IMG/VR virus record: IMGVR_UViG_3300027659_000010
Direction: 5' to 3' (one strand)
Source of the DNA: a virus
Length of the DNA: 64,000 nucleotides
Positions 24,954 to 35,757 of the stretch are shown here, piece by piece. The position numbers and the translations under genes were made by a program. The notes beneath the pieces were generated by a model. The model was not told the DNA's origin and searched no databases. It worked only from the letters and a program-made list of their open reading frames with translations. Each line of letters starts with the position of its first letter. Position 1 is the first letter of the stretch.

Positions 24954-24981
24954 GTAGGTGGGCTATGCCCTATTGTTATTA

Positions 24982-27030
24982 TTAGAATCTAATTATGCCG
25001 TTAAGTGAAATTGTGTTAGTATTGATATTATTACCTTGTTGTGTCGCTGCTGTTAACGCAATAGTGCCGATTTTTGTTGGAGAATACGCAACTGTGGCTG
25101 AACCTGTGGTTACGGAATCTGTTGTTGTGCCGACGTCACCGATTAAACGAAACTTGTTGATGGCTTTTTCATAACGTACACCGGCTTCACCGTATGTGTA
25201 GTTGTCTACGATTTTAGCCACAGTTCTAGCACTCTGAATATCACCTGCTTCTGTGTAGCCGCCTATAGTTGAACGTCCAACAGTTACACCGGCGTATGGA
25301 CGTAATCCATTGGTCTCTGGAGCATAGATCCTGTTGTTCAACCAAACATTTTCGCCGTTGGTACTATGACTGTTATTAAAAACATTTTCTATGGTGCGAT
25401 TGCCTTTGACTGCATTATTAGAGTAACCTAAGTTGTTGACAATCTTAACATCATTTTCTGCTGTATACACAGAGAACATACCAACGTGATTTTTGTCTTG
25501 TGCTGTTTTAGAATCTGTGCCGTCCATGGTAGTATTCACACGATTGTATTGAGCACCTAATCTCCAGTTTGGGTTGATTTCTTTTTCGACACCTAGGCCA
25601 TAGATTTGACTCTTAGCGTTGTAACCATTATCTATGTTTGATCTCGCACCACTGGCATTCACATATACCGTGACTTTTTTATCTTGATCTGTGTAACCGT
25701 CTTGACGGAAAGCATCCATGTTTAGGCCACGATCTAATTGTTGATTCAAATTAGATAGATACGACATTTGGTCGACACGACCGCTGAATGAATCATTGGC
25801 TACAGTAGTGGTCACATCGTTGATCAGCGTATCGCTAGTTGTAGTGGCGCTGTCGGATGTTGTAGTCGTACCATCACTCCATGTATTGGTGGTTCTAACC
25901 AGCGTGACAACAGAACGTGTATATGGCGTGGTCACATTGGTTGTGGTCTCGCGAGCAATAGTCTGCTTACCACTGGCTTCGCTGGCGTCGTGGTGAGCAA
26001 GGCTAGCAGTGATGACTGGAAGGCTTGTGTTCACCACAGTGGTATCACTCACAGTAATGGTCGCAGTTGATGTACCAGTGATAGTTGGAGTCGTGGTAGT
26101 ACCTGATCCCGCATCAGTGGCACTGCCAACGTCTACCAGTGTACCAAAACTACTTGTACCTGCTGTGCCGCCGCCAGCCCCACCTGTTATAGCATAGTTG
26201 GCCGCAGTAAACGCACTTGGTCCAAAGATGTAAGCATAGTTGTATGTTAGGATATCGCCTACTGCAACATTGGCTGCATAGAATGCAATACCTATAGTGT
26301 CATCACCGTTGCTAACATCAGCACGACCGTTTGTATTTAGGTAGTAGTTCTTTGGATCACTTGTCCAACCTTGTATACTTGTATTAACAGTTCCAACTTG
26401 TGCTGAGTATAAACCAAGAGCATAACGACTCACAGTTGCTTCTGAGAATACAACGTTGGTCTTTGGAATAATACCGTAGCCACGAACGTTGTCAGTTGCT
26501 GAACTGTCGCCAGGTGCTGCCACAGCATCTGGATCAATGTAACGACCAAAGTACAAATGCGGCATTGCGGCGGTAGCCTCAATACGTGTGGTGATGTCTA
26601 AATAACGCTGTGCTGATGGCAAACTGTAGGTATGTCTAATACCGAATTCTGTTGCGGTACCTGCCCATATCGCAGATGCCGCAGTAGGTGTGCCAACCCA
26701 TGCTCCAGTTACAGGAATGTTACCGTCCATTTGGAATCCAGCATTGTTGTTACCGTATAACTTGAACTTCGTTCCGTCTGCGTTATCTATACGAACAGCC
26801 CAACCCTCATAGGGCGAACCTGGTGTTAGATAATCGTATGCAGAGTTAAATGTTCCAGTACCAGTGTTATCGTACTGTAGTCCTGGATTGGTGTTTCCTC
26901 CACTTCCCAGCGTACCTGTGGACTCATTCACTCCTGCTTTTATAAATTCATTTACTAATATTTCATTTCCTGCCAATGCCGACGCTGATAGCATAGCGGC
27001 AACTATTGTTGCAATTAATTGTTTTTTCAT
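24982..27030 (-). CDS. autotransporter-like outer-membrane beta-barrel protein with Thr-rich passenger
   Basis: signal peptide, Thr/Gly-rich linker, amphipathic strands, C-terminal Phe. Confidence 0.7.
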   Translation of the reverse strand: MKKQLIATIVAAMLSASALAGNEILVNEFIKAGVNESTGTLGSGGNTNPGLQYDNTGTGTFNSAYDYLTPGSPYEGWAVRIDNADGTKFKLYGNNNAGFQMDGNIPVTGAWVGTPTAASAIWAGTATEFGIRHTYSLPSAQRYLDITTRIEATAAMPHLYFGRYIDPDAVAAPGDSSATDNVRGYGIIPKTNVVFSEATVSRYALGLYSAQVGTVNTSIQGWTSDPKNYYLNTNGRADVSNGDDTIGIAFYAANVAVGDILTYNYAYIFGPSAFTAANYAITGGAGGGTAGTSSFGTLVDVGSATDAGSGTTTTPTITGTSTATITVSDTTVVNTSLPVITASLAHHDASEASGKQTIARETTTNVTTPYTRSVVTLVRTTNTWSDGTTTTSDSATTTSDTLINDVTTTVANDSFSGRVDQMSYLSNLNQQLDRGLNMDAFRQDGYTDQDKKVTVYVNASGARSNIDNGYNAKSQIYGLGVEKEINPNWRLGAQYNRVNTTMDGTDSKTAQDKNHVGMFSVYTAENDVKIVNNLGYSNNAVKGNRTIENVFNNSHSTNGENVWLNNRIYAPETNGLRPYAGVTVGRSTIGGYTEAGDIQSARTVAKIVDNYTYGEAGVRYEKAINKFRLIGDVGTTTDSVTTGSATVAYSPTKIGTIALTAATQQGNNINTNTISLNGIIRF

Positions 27031-27110
27031 TTTCGCTCCCCAACTTTATTATTGTTATAGGTGTTGGATATAATTATTTACAGCGGTATCACTGAAATAA
27101 AAATGCTGAG

Positions 27111-28214
27111 TTAATTCTGTGTAACGATTATTGTGCTGGTACTTCCTTTATTGACATTTTGTATTATGGTCTGGCCGTCTTGTATCAGAGTAAAGGTAAC
27201 ATTCTTTGTGGTATCAAATGTGGCAGTGGCGTTGTGTGTTCCAGCTTTGTACAATGTGACTTTGCTTTGATCGTCATTGAAATAATATAACAGGCCCAAT
27301 GACTTGTTAGATGCATACCCCGGCAACACTGGTATGTCTAGTTCATCGTTGAGCAATGATGCGTTCTGTCTGTCTAATTCGTTCAATGCGTTGTAGGCCA
27401 ATAGGTCAGTGTTAAGGTCGTTTCGATCCAAGGCCTTGTTGTCATCTAATTTGTTTTCTTCTAGTGCATTATATTTTAACAGGTCTATATCTAGTAAATT
27501 GAAATCTAATAATCCTTTTTCTTTCTTGTTTATTCCTGCTCGAACATCTTCTTGTATTTCTTGTGGTTTACTTATGATCAGCATGTTGTTGATATTAGCC
27601 TGATCAATTTTAATTACCACAGGGTCGCTAGGACGTTGATAGGCGCTGTTTACCAGCGTGGCCTGGAACGGCACATCTAACACCACTACCCCTGCTAGGC
27701 TACTGACTTCGATTACTCCAGTAACACAACCTCCTCGGGCATCACAACTGGGCAGCAGCATGACCAAGCTGCGCCCTAGTTCATCTACGGTCATAGAAAA
27801 GTCTGTACCTCGAACAGCGATGGTAGCCGTAGGAGTTTTAATTGCCACCTGCTGAGGATTATTTTTGGCGATTTGTCCACTGGCATACCTAGCTGTGCCC
27901 AAGGCCATGTTGATGGCCAATTTGCCAGAACCTTTCTTGGGATCGTAGACAAAATCATCTATGATCATTTTTGAATGCTCTGTGAGTTTTACTTTGGTCG
28001 CGTCCTCAAAGGTCAGCTCTGCCCGGGCCTTGGCTGTGCTGACCGCATCATTCATTTTCACGGCCGTGTTAAGGCTAGAAGATATGCTCTTCTTGTCTCT
28101 TATTATCTCAGTCGGTCCGGTCTGTTCAGTAACTTTACCAACAGTAGCCCAACTGTTAATCGGACTGAGTAACGATAACGTTGTTATTAGAACCGTTGCT
28201 GGTAATAACCGCAT
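27111..28214 (-). CDS. FecR-domain protein
   Basis: LTFEDAT...LTEHS...IKTPTATIAVRGTDF. Confidence 0.85.
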   Translation of the reverse strand: MRLLPATVLITTLSLLSPINSWATVGKVTEQTGPTEIIRDKKSISSSLNTAVKMNDAVSTAKARAELTFEDATKVKLTEHSKMIIDDFVYDPKKGSGKLAINMALGTARYASGQIAKNNPQQVAIKTPTATIAVRGTDFSMTVDELGRSLVMLLPSCDARGGCVTGVIEVSSLAGVVVLDVPFQATLVNSAYQRPSDPVVIKIDQANINNMLIISKPQEIQEDVRAGINKKEKGLLDFNLLDIDLLKYNALEENKLDDNKALDRNDLNTDLLAYNALNELDRQNASLLNDELDIPVLPGYASNKSLGLLYYFNDDQSKVTLYKAGTHNATATFDTTKNVTFTLIQDGQTIIQNVNKGSTSTIIVTQN

Positions 28215-28827
28215 TTTTAGTCATCGCTCCACTTTGTGTTAGTGTCACTGCATTAGCAATACTGATAGTACCGCTGCCAGTAACAGTGATCTCACCGTTG
28301 TGTGACCCTGCGCCACTTGCAGTATGCGTCACATTGTTGTAATTACCGGTGATAGCAATCTTACTCTGTACCACACCGCCACTGAGGGTTTGAACTGTAT
28401 TGTTATTGTTACCGATAATTTCCGATCTAATAATGCTTGCATTACATGTCGAACTCAATGCTGTGCCGCAACCAACAGTTTGATTGTTGTTGCTGCCGTC
28501 TGCGGATATCACTACTGTTGAACCAGTGCCGTTAGATTCGTTGTTGATTATCATCTTTACGGTGTTACTGGCACCAATTTGATTTATGGTTACATCATTG
28601 AGGTCACCCCTAATTATAGCGGCGTCGTCTGTATTACCTGTACCATCAACATTACCGTTCACTAGATTACCAGCACCTGTTTGGGTGATAGAAACCGTTG
28701 AATTGTCACCAATTTGTTCAACATAAACATCGTTGGCCCACGCTCCCGATGACAGCGTTCCAGCCATCATTAGACTTGCAAGTAATTTTCTCGACAACCC
28801 GCCACCGCCTGTGATTCTTTTTTTCAT
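28156..28827 (-). CDS. curlin-like repeat secreted protein
   Basis: signal peptide; Q.G..N..(V/I).Q repeats. Confidence 0.7.
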   Translation of the reverse strand: MKKRITGGGGLSRKLLASLMMAGTLSSGAWANDVYVEQIGDNSTVSITQTGAGNLVNGNVDGTGNTDDAAIIRGDLNDVTINQIGASNTVKMIINNESNGTGSTVVISADGSNNNQTVGCGTALSSTCNASIIRSEIIGNNNNTVQTLSGGVVQSKIAITGNYNNVTHTASGAGSHNGEITVTGSGTISIANAVTLTQSGAMTKNAVITSNGSNNNVIVTQSD

Positions 28828-28909
28828 TATATTCGCTCCAGATGCAAGTTAAGGTTTATAATGCATCCATATTTTTAGTGTTGTTAAATTGTCTCCAATG
28901 CTTGACTCA

Positions 28910-30157
28910 TTATGGTTTGTGTTCTGAAAGCACGTCAGTTCGCACATACCCTTTACGCTTCTCCGCGTCCGTTACATAATGCCATCCCTCCGGTCCTGGA
29001 GAAATGATATTAAATTCTGTTCCTTTTTTCAACTGCCAAGTACGTTGGCTTTTTTCATCGGGTTCTTTATACACAAACGAATCTTGTTTTAGATATCTAG
29101 GACTCCATAATGGTGTACTAGTTTTACCACTATCTGGTTGGGTAATCACACCCGTTGGTTGATCTACTTTTTCCTCAACATCTGCTTTTTTCTCTATTAC
29201 TGGAATCTGCGGAGGTTGTACAGGAACTACTCTTGAGATTTTTTCAATCGCAGTCTCAACTTTTTGTTCTGGATCTTTATTTTCTTGTTTCACAGGCTCA
29301 ACAGTAATAGGTGGTTGCGGAGAGATCGGGGCCTGTGGCACAACTGCTTGATCTTTTTTCTCTTCTATGACCGCAGGTTTTTCTACCTTGTATCTCCATA
29401 GACCTTTCTTTTCACCTTCCACGATCATGTCATAGACCGCCTGTTCAATGGCCACACGCACTGCATAGGTAGTAGGTTCATTCAAGGCCTGACCATTTTC
29501 TAATTCTAATGCTTTGGTTCCTGCATCTACAAACCGTAGAACACCTACGTTATGCTGTGTACTGTAGATGGTTTTGCTCACAGCGTTGGTCAATAATACT
29601 TCTCCACTGTTCACACTGATCAATCTTAGGCTGATAACAATTTCGTCTACGCGATACTGTTGACTGCCTCCAATGCCTAGAAACCTAGCACCATTACCGC
29701 CACTGCGTATATTACTGTCGTAGCCGATGATGCCACCTTCTATCATCACCCCAGCCACCGTCATTGGTTTCAAGGCCTTGGCATCTTTGCCTTCGTAGAC
29801 TTCTCGTTGGTTGCGAATCAATTGACGTTCTTTGATAAGGTTGTCTAGGCCCACACGCTCTACTACTTTAAACCAATTCTTTGAGTCTTGAAGTGATTTG
29901 ATTAGGAACACTTCGGCACCCTGCGTCACGGCTTTTGAAAACACAGCCAATCTATCATTGGGCTTCATTTGGCCGGTCTTGTCTTGAAAGCCATAAACAG
30001 CAATAGCGATAGGTGGTCCATCCAACGATGGAATCTTTATGGTCAGATTTTCTCGGGGTTTCAGCGCCACAGGTTCTTCCTTGGCGGTGTCCATGTGTAT
30101 GGTAGCACAGCCTGATAATGTGCTGACCATCAAGAATGATAACATCAGTCGTTTCAT
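28910..30157 (-). CDS. csgG: curli secretion channel CsgG-family lipoprotein with C-terminal SH3b-like extension
   Basis: LSGC lipobox, AVYGFQDKTGQ, VERVGLDNL.KERQLIR, EGGIIGYD, NEP. Confidence 0.9.
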   Translation of the reverse strand: MKRLMLSFLMVSTLSGCATIHMDTAKEEPVALKPRENLTIKIPSLDGPPIAIAVYGFQDKTGQMKPNDRLAVFSKAVTQGAEVFLIKSLQDSKNWFKVVERVGLDNLIKERQLIRNQREVYEGKDAKALKPMTVAGVMIEGGIIGYDSNIRSGGNGARFLGIGGSQQYRVDEIVISLRLISVNSGEVLLTNAVSKTIYSTQHNVGVLRFVDAGTKALELENGQALNEPTTYAVRVAIEQAVYDMIVEGEKKGLWRYKVEKPAVIEEKKDQAVVPQAPISPQPPITVEPVKQENKDPEQKVETAIEKISRVVPVQPPQIPVIEKKADVEEKVDQPTGVITQPDSGKTSTPLWSPRYLKQDSFVYKEPDEKSQRTWQLKKGTEFNIISPGPEGWHYVTDAEKRKGYVRTDVLSEHKP

Positions 30158-30603
30158 TAGAATGCAAAGCTCGCTATAGGTACAGTGATTTCAGTGCGGC
30201 TGCCATTGGCTTCGATAATGGTCAGTGTAACATCTGTTCCTGTTTTGACCCAACTTATATTCGTGCCTTGGAAATCCATTGTGCCACTAGTGGCACCACT
30301 GTCAGTGAACATCTGATCAGCTAGTTGTTTGGATAGTTGTGCGTAGATACGTGCTTCTACGTTCACTAGGAATTTTGATAAATTAGTCTGCTTGGCGGCA
30401 GTTTCTGCTTTGAGTAATGCCGCTGATTCCTCAGCTTTTATTTCTTTCTTACGATTTTCTTCTAGTTGATAGATACTTAGTACGTGTGAACTATATCCAT
30501 TGCCTGGAATAAAGGCTGGACTTTGGAATTGATGCACTAACTCAGCCTGTACGTGAGCACATGCAAAGATCAGTGCTGCTGACACTATGGCTTTCCTACA
30601 CAT
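30157..30603 (-). CDS. csgF: curli assembly CsgF-like protein
   Basis: AELVHQFQSPAF..GNG N-terminus; C-terminal TEITVP; adjacent to csgG. Confidence 0.8.
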   Translation of the reverse strand: MCRKAIVSAALIFACAHVQAELVHQFQSPAFIPGNGYSSHVLSIYQLEENRKKEIKAEESAALLKAETAAKQTNLSKFLVNVEARIYAQLSKQLADQMFTDSGATSGTMDFQGTNISWVKTGTDVTLTIIEANGSRTEITVPIASFAF

Positions 30604-30691
30604 GGTTCGCTCCCGGTAGTTGCTGTTAGTATTTACGTGGGGGGAGGCGGGAATTAAGTGGCGAGTTTAATCTAGATTGAAGGATAATTGA

Positions 30692-31786
30692 TTATGGTAC
30701 CTTGACCTGCATACCATTTTGAGCACCACCATTAAGTCCTATTTTTTGTATGATCATCGATTGTGCAAATTGTTCAGCAGTTTCGATATAGATAGTGGTT
30801 CCAGAACCTGTATTTATGAACAGTATGCCCTTGAATTCGTCATGTGATTTGTAGTAATCAAATGCATACTTTTTTTGTGCAGCAATAAATGAATCGAATA
30901 AAACCATACCTTTATTATTTACAGGTGCTACTAGCTGTTGAAGCTCTGCAGGAGTAGCATCAAGATAGATTGAATTAATAATGCCGCTTAGAGAAGTTCT
31001 AATAAATTTTACTACCCCGGCGGCCGGTGCGCCTGCAGCGATTAGTGATGGGCCGAAATTGGTCCAAAAATCTGAAGTTTTGCCAACGTTTACATTCGAT
31101 GGTGCAGTTATCGCTGTTTTTAATTTGAGTTTCTTGGGAAGTGCTGCGGCCGCAGTTTTTACCGCGGTTAGAGTAGAGGAACTGTTTCCATATCCTCTGA
31201 CTCCTTTTATCCTTCCGCCATTGCCTTTCACCTCGATTAATTTTCCATTTATTACTAAATCACCTGCATCTTTGCTTAACATAATATTAGGACTACAGAT
31301 AGCCAAAAACATTTCGCCTGGACCCTTTTGTGTTTTTGTTTTACCTGTTTTAAATAGTCCTTGAATGGCAATCAGCTCTGGAGCAACTTGTTGATACACA
31401 TTAGGAAATTGTGTTTGAATTATAGATTCAAGATTTAGTGAAACACCCGGGGATAACAATTTTTTAATATTGATAATTCCTTTTGTTGCCAGTTCCATAG
31501 CAAACCCTTCTTTTTCTTCGTAGGGTGCTTTGGCATCGATTATCGCTCTGGATACAACCGTATGAACTTGTCGCAGATCTTCATCTTTTTGTAGAATAGT
31601 ATCTACACCACCACCAATATCTATTTTACGGACATAAGAATAAATCTGATGCAGTTCGTCTATATCGGTTACTGTATCAATTTTAGTAATAATTGCTTGT
31701 TTGACATTTGACAATGCACTAGGATCTCCAGAATTACTAGCCGCATTAGCACTGATTTTTTCTGATATAAATTCATATTTTCTCAT
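30692..31786 (-). CDS. hypothetical protein with PD-(D/E)xK-like motif; probable virion-internal protein
   Basis: GPGE...GDL.ING..IEVKG; N-terminal MRKYEFISE. Confidence 0.55.
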   Translation of the reverse strand: MRKYEFISEKISANAASNSGDPSALSNVKQAIITKIDTVTDIDELHQIYSYVRKIDIGGGVDTILQKDEDLRQVHTVVSRAIIDAKAPYEEKEGFAMELATKGIINIKKLLSPGVSLNLESIIQTQFPNVYQQVAPELIAIQGLFKTGKTKTQKGPGEMFLAICSPNIMLSKDAGDLVINGKLIEVKGNGGRIKGVRGYGNSSSTLTAVKTAAAALPKKLKLKTAITAPSNVNVGKTSDFWTNFGPSLIAAGAPAAGVVKFIRTSLSGIINSIYLDATPAELQQLVAPVNNKGMVLFDSFIAAQKKYAFDYYKSHDEFKGILFINTGSGTTIYIETAEQFAQSMIIQKIGLNGGAQNGMQVKVP

Positions 31787-31794
31787 ACGATTAT

Positions 31795-32475
31795 TTATCG
31801 TATTTCTGGGAACAGGCAATCCTGTATAAAATGCTGCACATCGTCCTCACTCAGCCCTAAACTCACCATTACACGCGGTGTATGCGGGTTTTGCTTCTGA
31901 TTCTGTGCGTAATAATTCTGTGCTGCCGTGGTGTTTTCAGCCTGACCTAATGTTTCTCCTACCGTGCTGAGATAGTGTTCTATGGTGTCCTTGGCCATGG
32001 CTATGATCTGAGCTAGTTCTTCCTCATTTTGCACATTACCCGCTGCCACCATGCTGGGGCTGAAAATGTTGGTAGCCCACTCGGGTAGTTCTCGGACTCT
32101 TCGCCATTCCAATTGGCTCACATAGTCTGCGAACCACTGCATCATAGGATGATGAGGATCCCCTGCTTTGGAGTAATCGTGAAAACAGCCTGTGATCTTG
32201 TTTTTTCCTGCTATAACATCAAATCCATAGATAGGGCTAGGATCTGTAATGTGTGGAAAAATGCAGCAGTGCATCATCCACAAACTTTTGGTATCTCTGG
32301 CATCTACTACATCTACGTGAGCTCTGCGGTATCGATCGCTGCGCCATACACGGTTTACCCAACCAGGTTGGTTGAACCTTTCCATGCCAGGTTCATGAAC
32401 TTCTACTCCGGTTTGATTGAATTTAGTTTCTAGTAGCTGCTGAATTTCAATCAGCGTGTTCCACACTTGGCTCAT
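31795..32475 (-). CDS. ferredoxin-dependent bilin reductase (PcyA/PcyX-like)
   Basis: RRAHVDVVD, MHCCIFP, GFDVIAG, RELPEWA.IFS, QKQNPHT; adjacent to heme oxygenase. Confidence 0.85.
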   Translation of the reverse strand: MSQVWNTLIEIQQLLETKFNQTGVEVHEPGMERFNQPGWVNRVWRSDRYRRAHVDVVDARDTKSLWMMHCCIFPHITDPSPIYGFDVIAGKNKITGCFHDYSKAGDPHHPMMQWFADYVSQLEWRRVRELPEWATNIFSPSMVAAGNVQNEEELAQIIAMAKDTIEHYLSTVGETLGQAENTTAAQNYYAQNQKQNPHTPRVMVSLGLSEDDVQHFIQDCLFPEIR

Positions 32476-33007
32476 TGTTGAGATCTCGCATTATTTTTAT
32501 GGCCCATTCAAAGGCCACACGAGCTTCATCTCCTAGATCGTCTGTGAGCTCTGCACGAATCTGTTCTTTGAGTCGTTCTGGATCTTTAAATTTATAAAAT
32601 CTACCCTGACCCGGCACACGTTTGGCCAAAATCTGTCCACCATAAAGATCGCCCATGTGTCGGCAGTATAAATGTGCTTTGATTAGATGCTTACGGGCAG
32701 GATCGTGTAACAGTTCTAGAAGATAATGGTGATAGGCCACTGTGCTAGGCAACCATGTGTAACTGTGATCCTTGCCTGCTAGTTCAACGAAATCCTGATA
32801 GATAGCCCAGGTTCTTTCTATGTCAGGAAGGTTAGCAAAATTACCTTGCAATCTATTACCCATCTCAATAGGATTATAGATCAACACCATCTGATATAGG
32901 TAGTTGGCATAATCTTCTACAGCAATATTACCGCTGAGTAATTTCTTGGCAAACTCTGAGCGTTCTGCATCTGTGTGCAGGTCTTTGGTGATGTCTCTTA
33001 GGCTCAT
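32447..33007 (-). CDS. heme oxygenase
   Basis: LR..TK.LH..AE, AHLYCRHMGDLYGGQI. Confidence 0.9.
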   Translation of the reverse strand: MSLRDITKDLHTDAERSEFAKKLLSGNIAVEDYANYLYQMVLIYNPIEMGNRLQGNFANLPDIERTWAIYQDFVELAGKDHSYTWLPSTVAYHHYLLELLHDPARKHLIKAHLYCRHMGDLYGGQILAKRVPGQGRFYKFKDPERLKEQIRAELTDDLGDEARVAFEWAIKIMRDLNNEPSVEHAD

Positions 33008-33303
33008 TCCTGCTCCACGGTGATTCGCAATGGCGAACCATTTTGTCTTGCAACGGTAGTGGCTTCAATACCTTTTTGTTCTGCGATTTCAAAAGGATAT
33101 ATGCCTACTACACAGCTACCAGTTTCGTGTATCTCCAGAGTGATGTCTTTGGCTTTGGATTCTGTGTGTTTGAAAATGCCTGTGAGCAGTTCTATAACTA
33201 ATTCCATGGGTGTTTGATCATCATTGAGAAATATCACCTTCCACAAAGCTGGGGGAGCTAATTGAACTGAGGTTTTTTCTTTTACTTCGATTTCTGTAGA
33301 CAT
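33004..33303 (-). CDS. clpS: ClpS adaptor
   Basis: WKVIFLNDDQTPME.V, IHETG, EIAEQK, PLR. Confidence 0.9.
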   Translation of the reverse strand: MSTEIEVKEKTSVQLAPPALWKVIFLNDDQTPMELVIELLTGIFKHTESKAKDITLEIHETGSCVVGIYPFEIAEQKGIEATTVARQNGSPLRITVEQE

Positions 33304-33361
33304 TTCGAATCCTAGTTTATATCTGTATTTAACAAGAGAGGTTGCCCTCTCTTGTATTATA

Positions 33362-33796
33362 CTACTTCACATCAACAATGTCAATGACCTTGGGTTTAGC
33401 TGATTCTGGAATGTCTCTGATCAACTTCACAGTCAGCATGCCATTCTTGGTTTCCGCACCCACAACTTCAATGTGTTCGGCCAAAGGAAATTCTTTGATA
33501 AAATCACGAGTTGCAAGGCTGCGATGCAGATACTGCTCTGCCGCATAATCTGTGGTCTGGCTTTCACCCTTGACGATCAGCACATTGTTTTCAACAGTCA
33601 CTGAGATCTCGGTCTTATCGAAACCAGTCACTGCCAATTGAATGGCGTATTCGTTTTCGTCTAGTTTAATGATGTTGTGTGGCGGATAGTTGTTTGATAC
33701 ACTGTTGGCAAATCTGCGTTCCATTTGATCAAACATGGTATCAAATCCCACAAGTGCTCTGCTTAGAGCGTCTATTCTAGCTAATTGATTGTTCAT
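33362..33796 (-). CDS. Hsp20 small heat-shock protein
   Basis: NYPPHNI, LAVTGF, YLHRSLA.R.F, NGML. Confidence 0.9.
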   Translation of the reverse strand: MNNQLARIDALSRALVGFDTMFDQMERRFANSVSNNYPPHNIIKLDENEYAIQLAVTGFDKTEISVTVENNVLIVKGESQTTDYAAEQYLHRSLATRDFIKEFPLAEHIEVVGAETKNGMLTVKLIRDIPESAKPKVIDIVDVK

Positions 33797-33852
33797 AATA
33801 GTCTCCTTATAAAGTAAGAACAATTAGAGGCCTCGAAAGTACCCCTATATGA

Positions 33853-35757
33853 TTAGTCTGCTTTCTTCTCTGTGAAGGTAGCATCAACTACATCATCTTG
33901 GCCAGGCATCGATCCTGCATCAGCTTGTGCTTGTGCTTGATCTTTGGCCTGCCTTTTTTCCAGCAATGTTTTCATTGCAGGGAAAACTTTGTTGAGTGCT
34001 TCGGTGATTTTTTCTTTGTCATCACCTTTGACTGCTTCTTCTACTTCTTTGATCACAGTTTCAAGTTCTGTAATTTCCGCATCAGTGAGGTCACTGCGGA
34101 ATTCTTCGAGATCTTTTTTCACTTCATGGATCTGTGCTTCTGCAGAATTTTTCACATCGATCAATTCACGAGCTTTCTTGTCTGCTTCAGCATTGAGTTC
34201 TGCATCTTTGATCATGGCCTGTATTTCTGCATCGCTGAGCCCACTGTTGGATTTGATAGTGATTTTATTTTCTTTGCCTGTGCTTTTGTCTTTGGCAGAG
34301 ATATGCATGATACCATTAGCATCAATATCAAATGTGACTTCGATCTGGGGCTGGCCTCTGCGAGCAGGTGCGATACCTTCTAGATTAAATTCACCTAGCA
34401 ATTTGTTATGCTGCACCAGTTCACGCTCACCTTGGAACACCTTGATGGTCACTGCAGGTTGATTGTCGTCTGCTGTGGAGAATGTCTGTTGTCCTTTGGT
34501 AGGGATAGTGGTGTTTTTCTGTATGATTTTCGTCATCACACCGCCCAGTGTTTCAATACCAAGGCTCAACGGAGTCACGTCCAATAACAATACATCTTTA
34601 CGATCACCACCCAACACTGCACCCTGTATGGCAGCACCTACAGCCACTGCTTCGTCTGGGTTCACATCTCTGCGAGGTGCTTTACCAAACAGTGCTTCCA
34701 CAGCTTCTTGCACCTTAGGCATACGTGTCATTCCACCCACTAGGATAACTTCATCTATGTCAGCAGCAGTGACCCCTGCATCTTTCATAGCAGTCTTGCA
34801 GGGTTCTATAGAGCGTGTTATCAATTCAGCAACCAAACTTTCTAGTTTGCTGCGAGTGATCTTGATGTTCATGTGACGTGGACCGCTGGCATCTGCAGTG
34901 ATATAAGGCAGATTCACATCAGTCTGTGCAGAACTTGAAAGTTCAATCTTGGCTTTTTCTGCTGATTCTTTAAGTCTCTGTAACGCCAACATATCTTTAG
35001 TCAGATCCACACCCTGATCTTTCTTGAACTCTTCTACCAAATAGTCCATGATGCGTTGATCAAAGTCTTCACCGCCTAAGAATGTATCTCCATTGGTACT
35101 CAATACTTCAATCTGCTTTTCTCCGTCAACGTTAGCAATTTCGATTATAGACACATCAAAGGTACCACCACCTAGATCGTAGACAGCAATTTTTCTGTCT
35201 GCCTTGTCCTGTTTGTCTACACCATAGCTCAGTGCAGCCGCGGTAGGTTCGTTGATAATACGTAGAACTTCTAGCCCAGCGATCTTGCCAGCATCCTTGG
35301 TAGCTTGTCTTTGGCTGTCATTGAAATAGGCCGGTACAGTGATCACTGCCTGCGTGACTGTGGTTCCAAGATAATCTTCTGCGGTCTTTTTCATTTTACG
35401 CAGAACTTCTGCGGAAATCTGTGGGGGTGCTAGTTCTTTGCCTGCGGCTCGTACCCATGCATCACCATTACTGGCTTCCATGATTTCATATGGCATCAAG
35501 TCAAGATCTTTTTGTATGGCCTGTTCTTTGAACTTGCGACCAATCAATCTCTTGCTGGCGTAGATTGTGTTTTTTGGATTAGTTACTGCCTGACGCTTGG
35601 CTGATGCACCGACTAACACTTCGTCGTTGGCATATGCCACGATACTAGGTGTAGTTCTAGCACCTTCGTTGTTTTCAATAACTTTGGGAATTCCGTTCTC
35701 GATAACAGCCACGCATGAGTTGGTGGTGCCGAGGTCAATACCGATGATCTTAGACAT
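33853..35757 (-). CDS. dnaK: chaperone DnaK
   Basis: [19 protein letters not shown], full length. Confidence 0.98.
   Translation of the reverse strand: MSKIIGIDLGTTNSCVAVIENGIPKVIENNEGARTTPSIVAYANDEVLVGASAKRQAVTNPKNTIYASKRLIGRKFKEQAIQKDLDLMPYEIMEASNGDAWVRAAGKELAPPQISAEVLRKMKKTAEDYLGTTVTQAVITVPAYFNDSQRQATKDAGKIAGLEVLRIINEPTAAALSYGVDKQDKADRKIAVYDLGGGTFDVSIIEIANVDGEKQIEVLSTNGDTFLGGEDFDQRIMDYLVEEFKKDQGVDLTKDMLALQRLKESAEKAKIELSSSAQTDVNLPYITADASGPRHMNIKITRSKLESLVAELITRSIEPCKTAMKDAGVTAADIDEVILVGGMTRMPKVQEAVEALFGKAPRRDVNPDEAVAVGAAIQGAVLGGDRKDVLLLDVTPLSLGIETLGGVMTKIIQKNTTIPTKGQQTFSTADDNQPAVTIKVFQGERELVQHNKLLGEFNLEGIAPARRGQPQIEVTFDIDANGIMHISAKDKSTGKENKITIKSNSGLSDAEIQAMIKDAELNAEADKKARELIDVKNSAEAQIHEVKKDLEEFRSDLTDAEITELETVIKEVEEAVKGDDKEKITEALNKVFPAMKTLLEKRQAKDQAQAQADAGSMPGQDDVVDATFTEKKAD

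Noticed and set aside
33898-34876. Long plus-strand ORFs opposite dnaK
   Set aside because: Typical antisense frames produced by codon bias.
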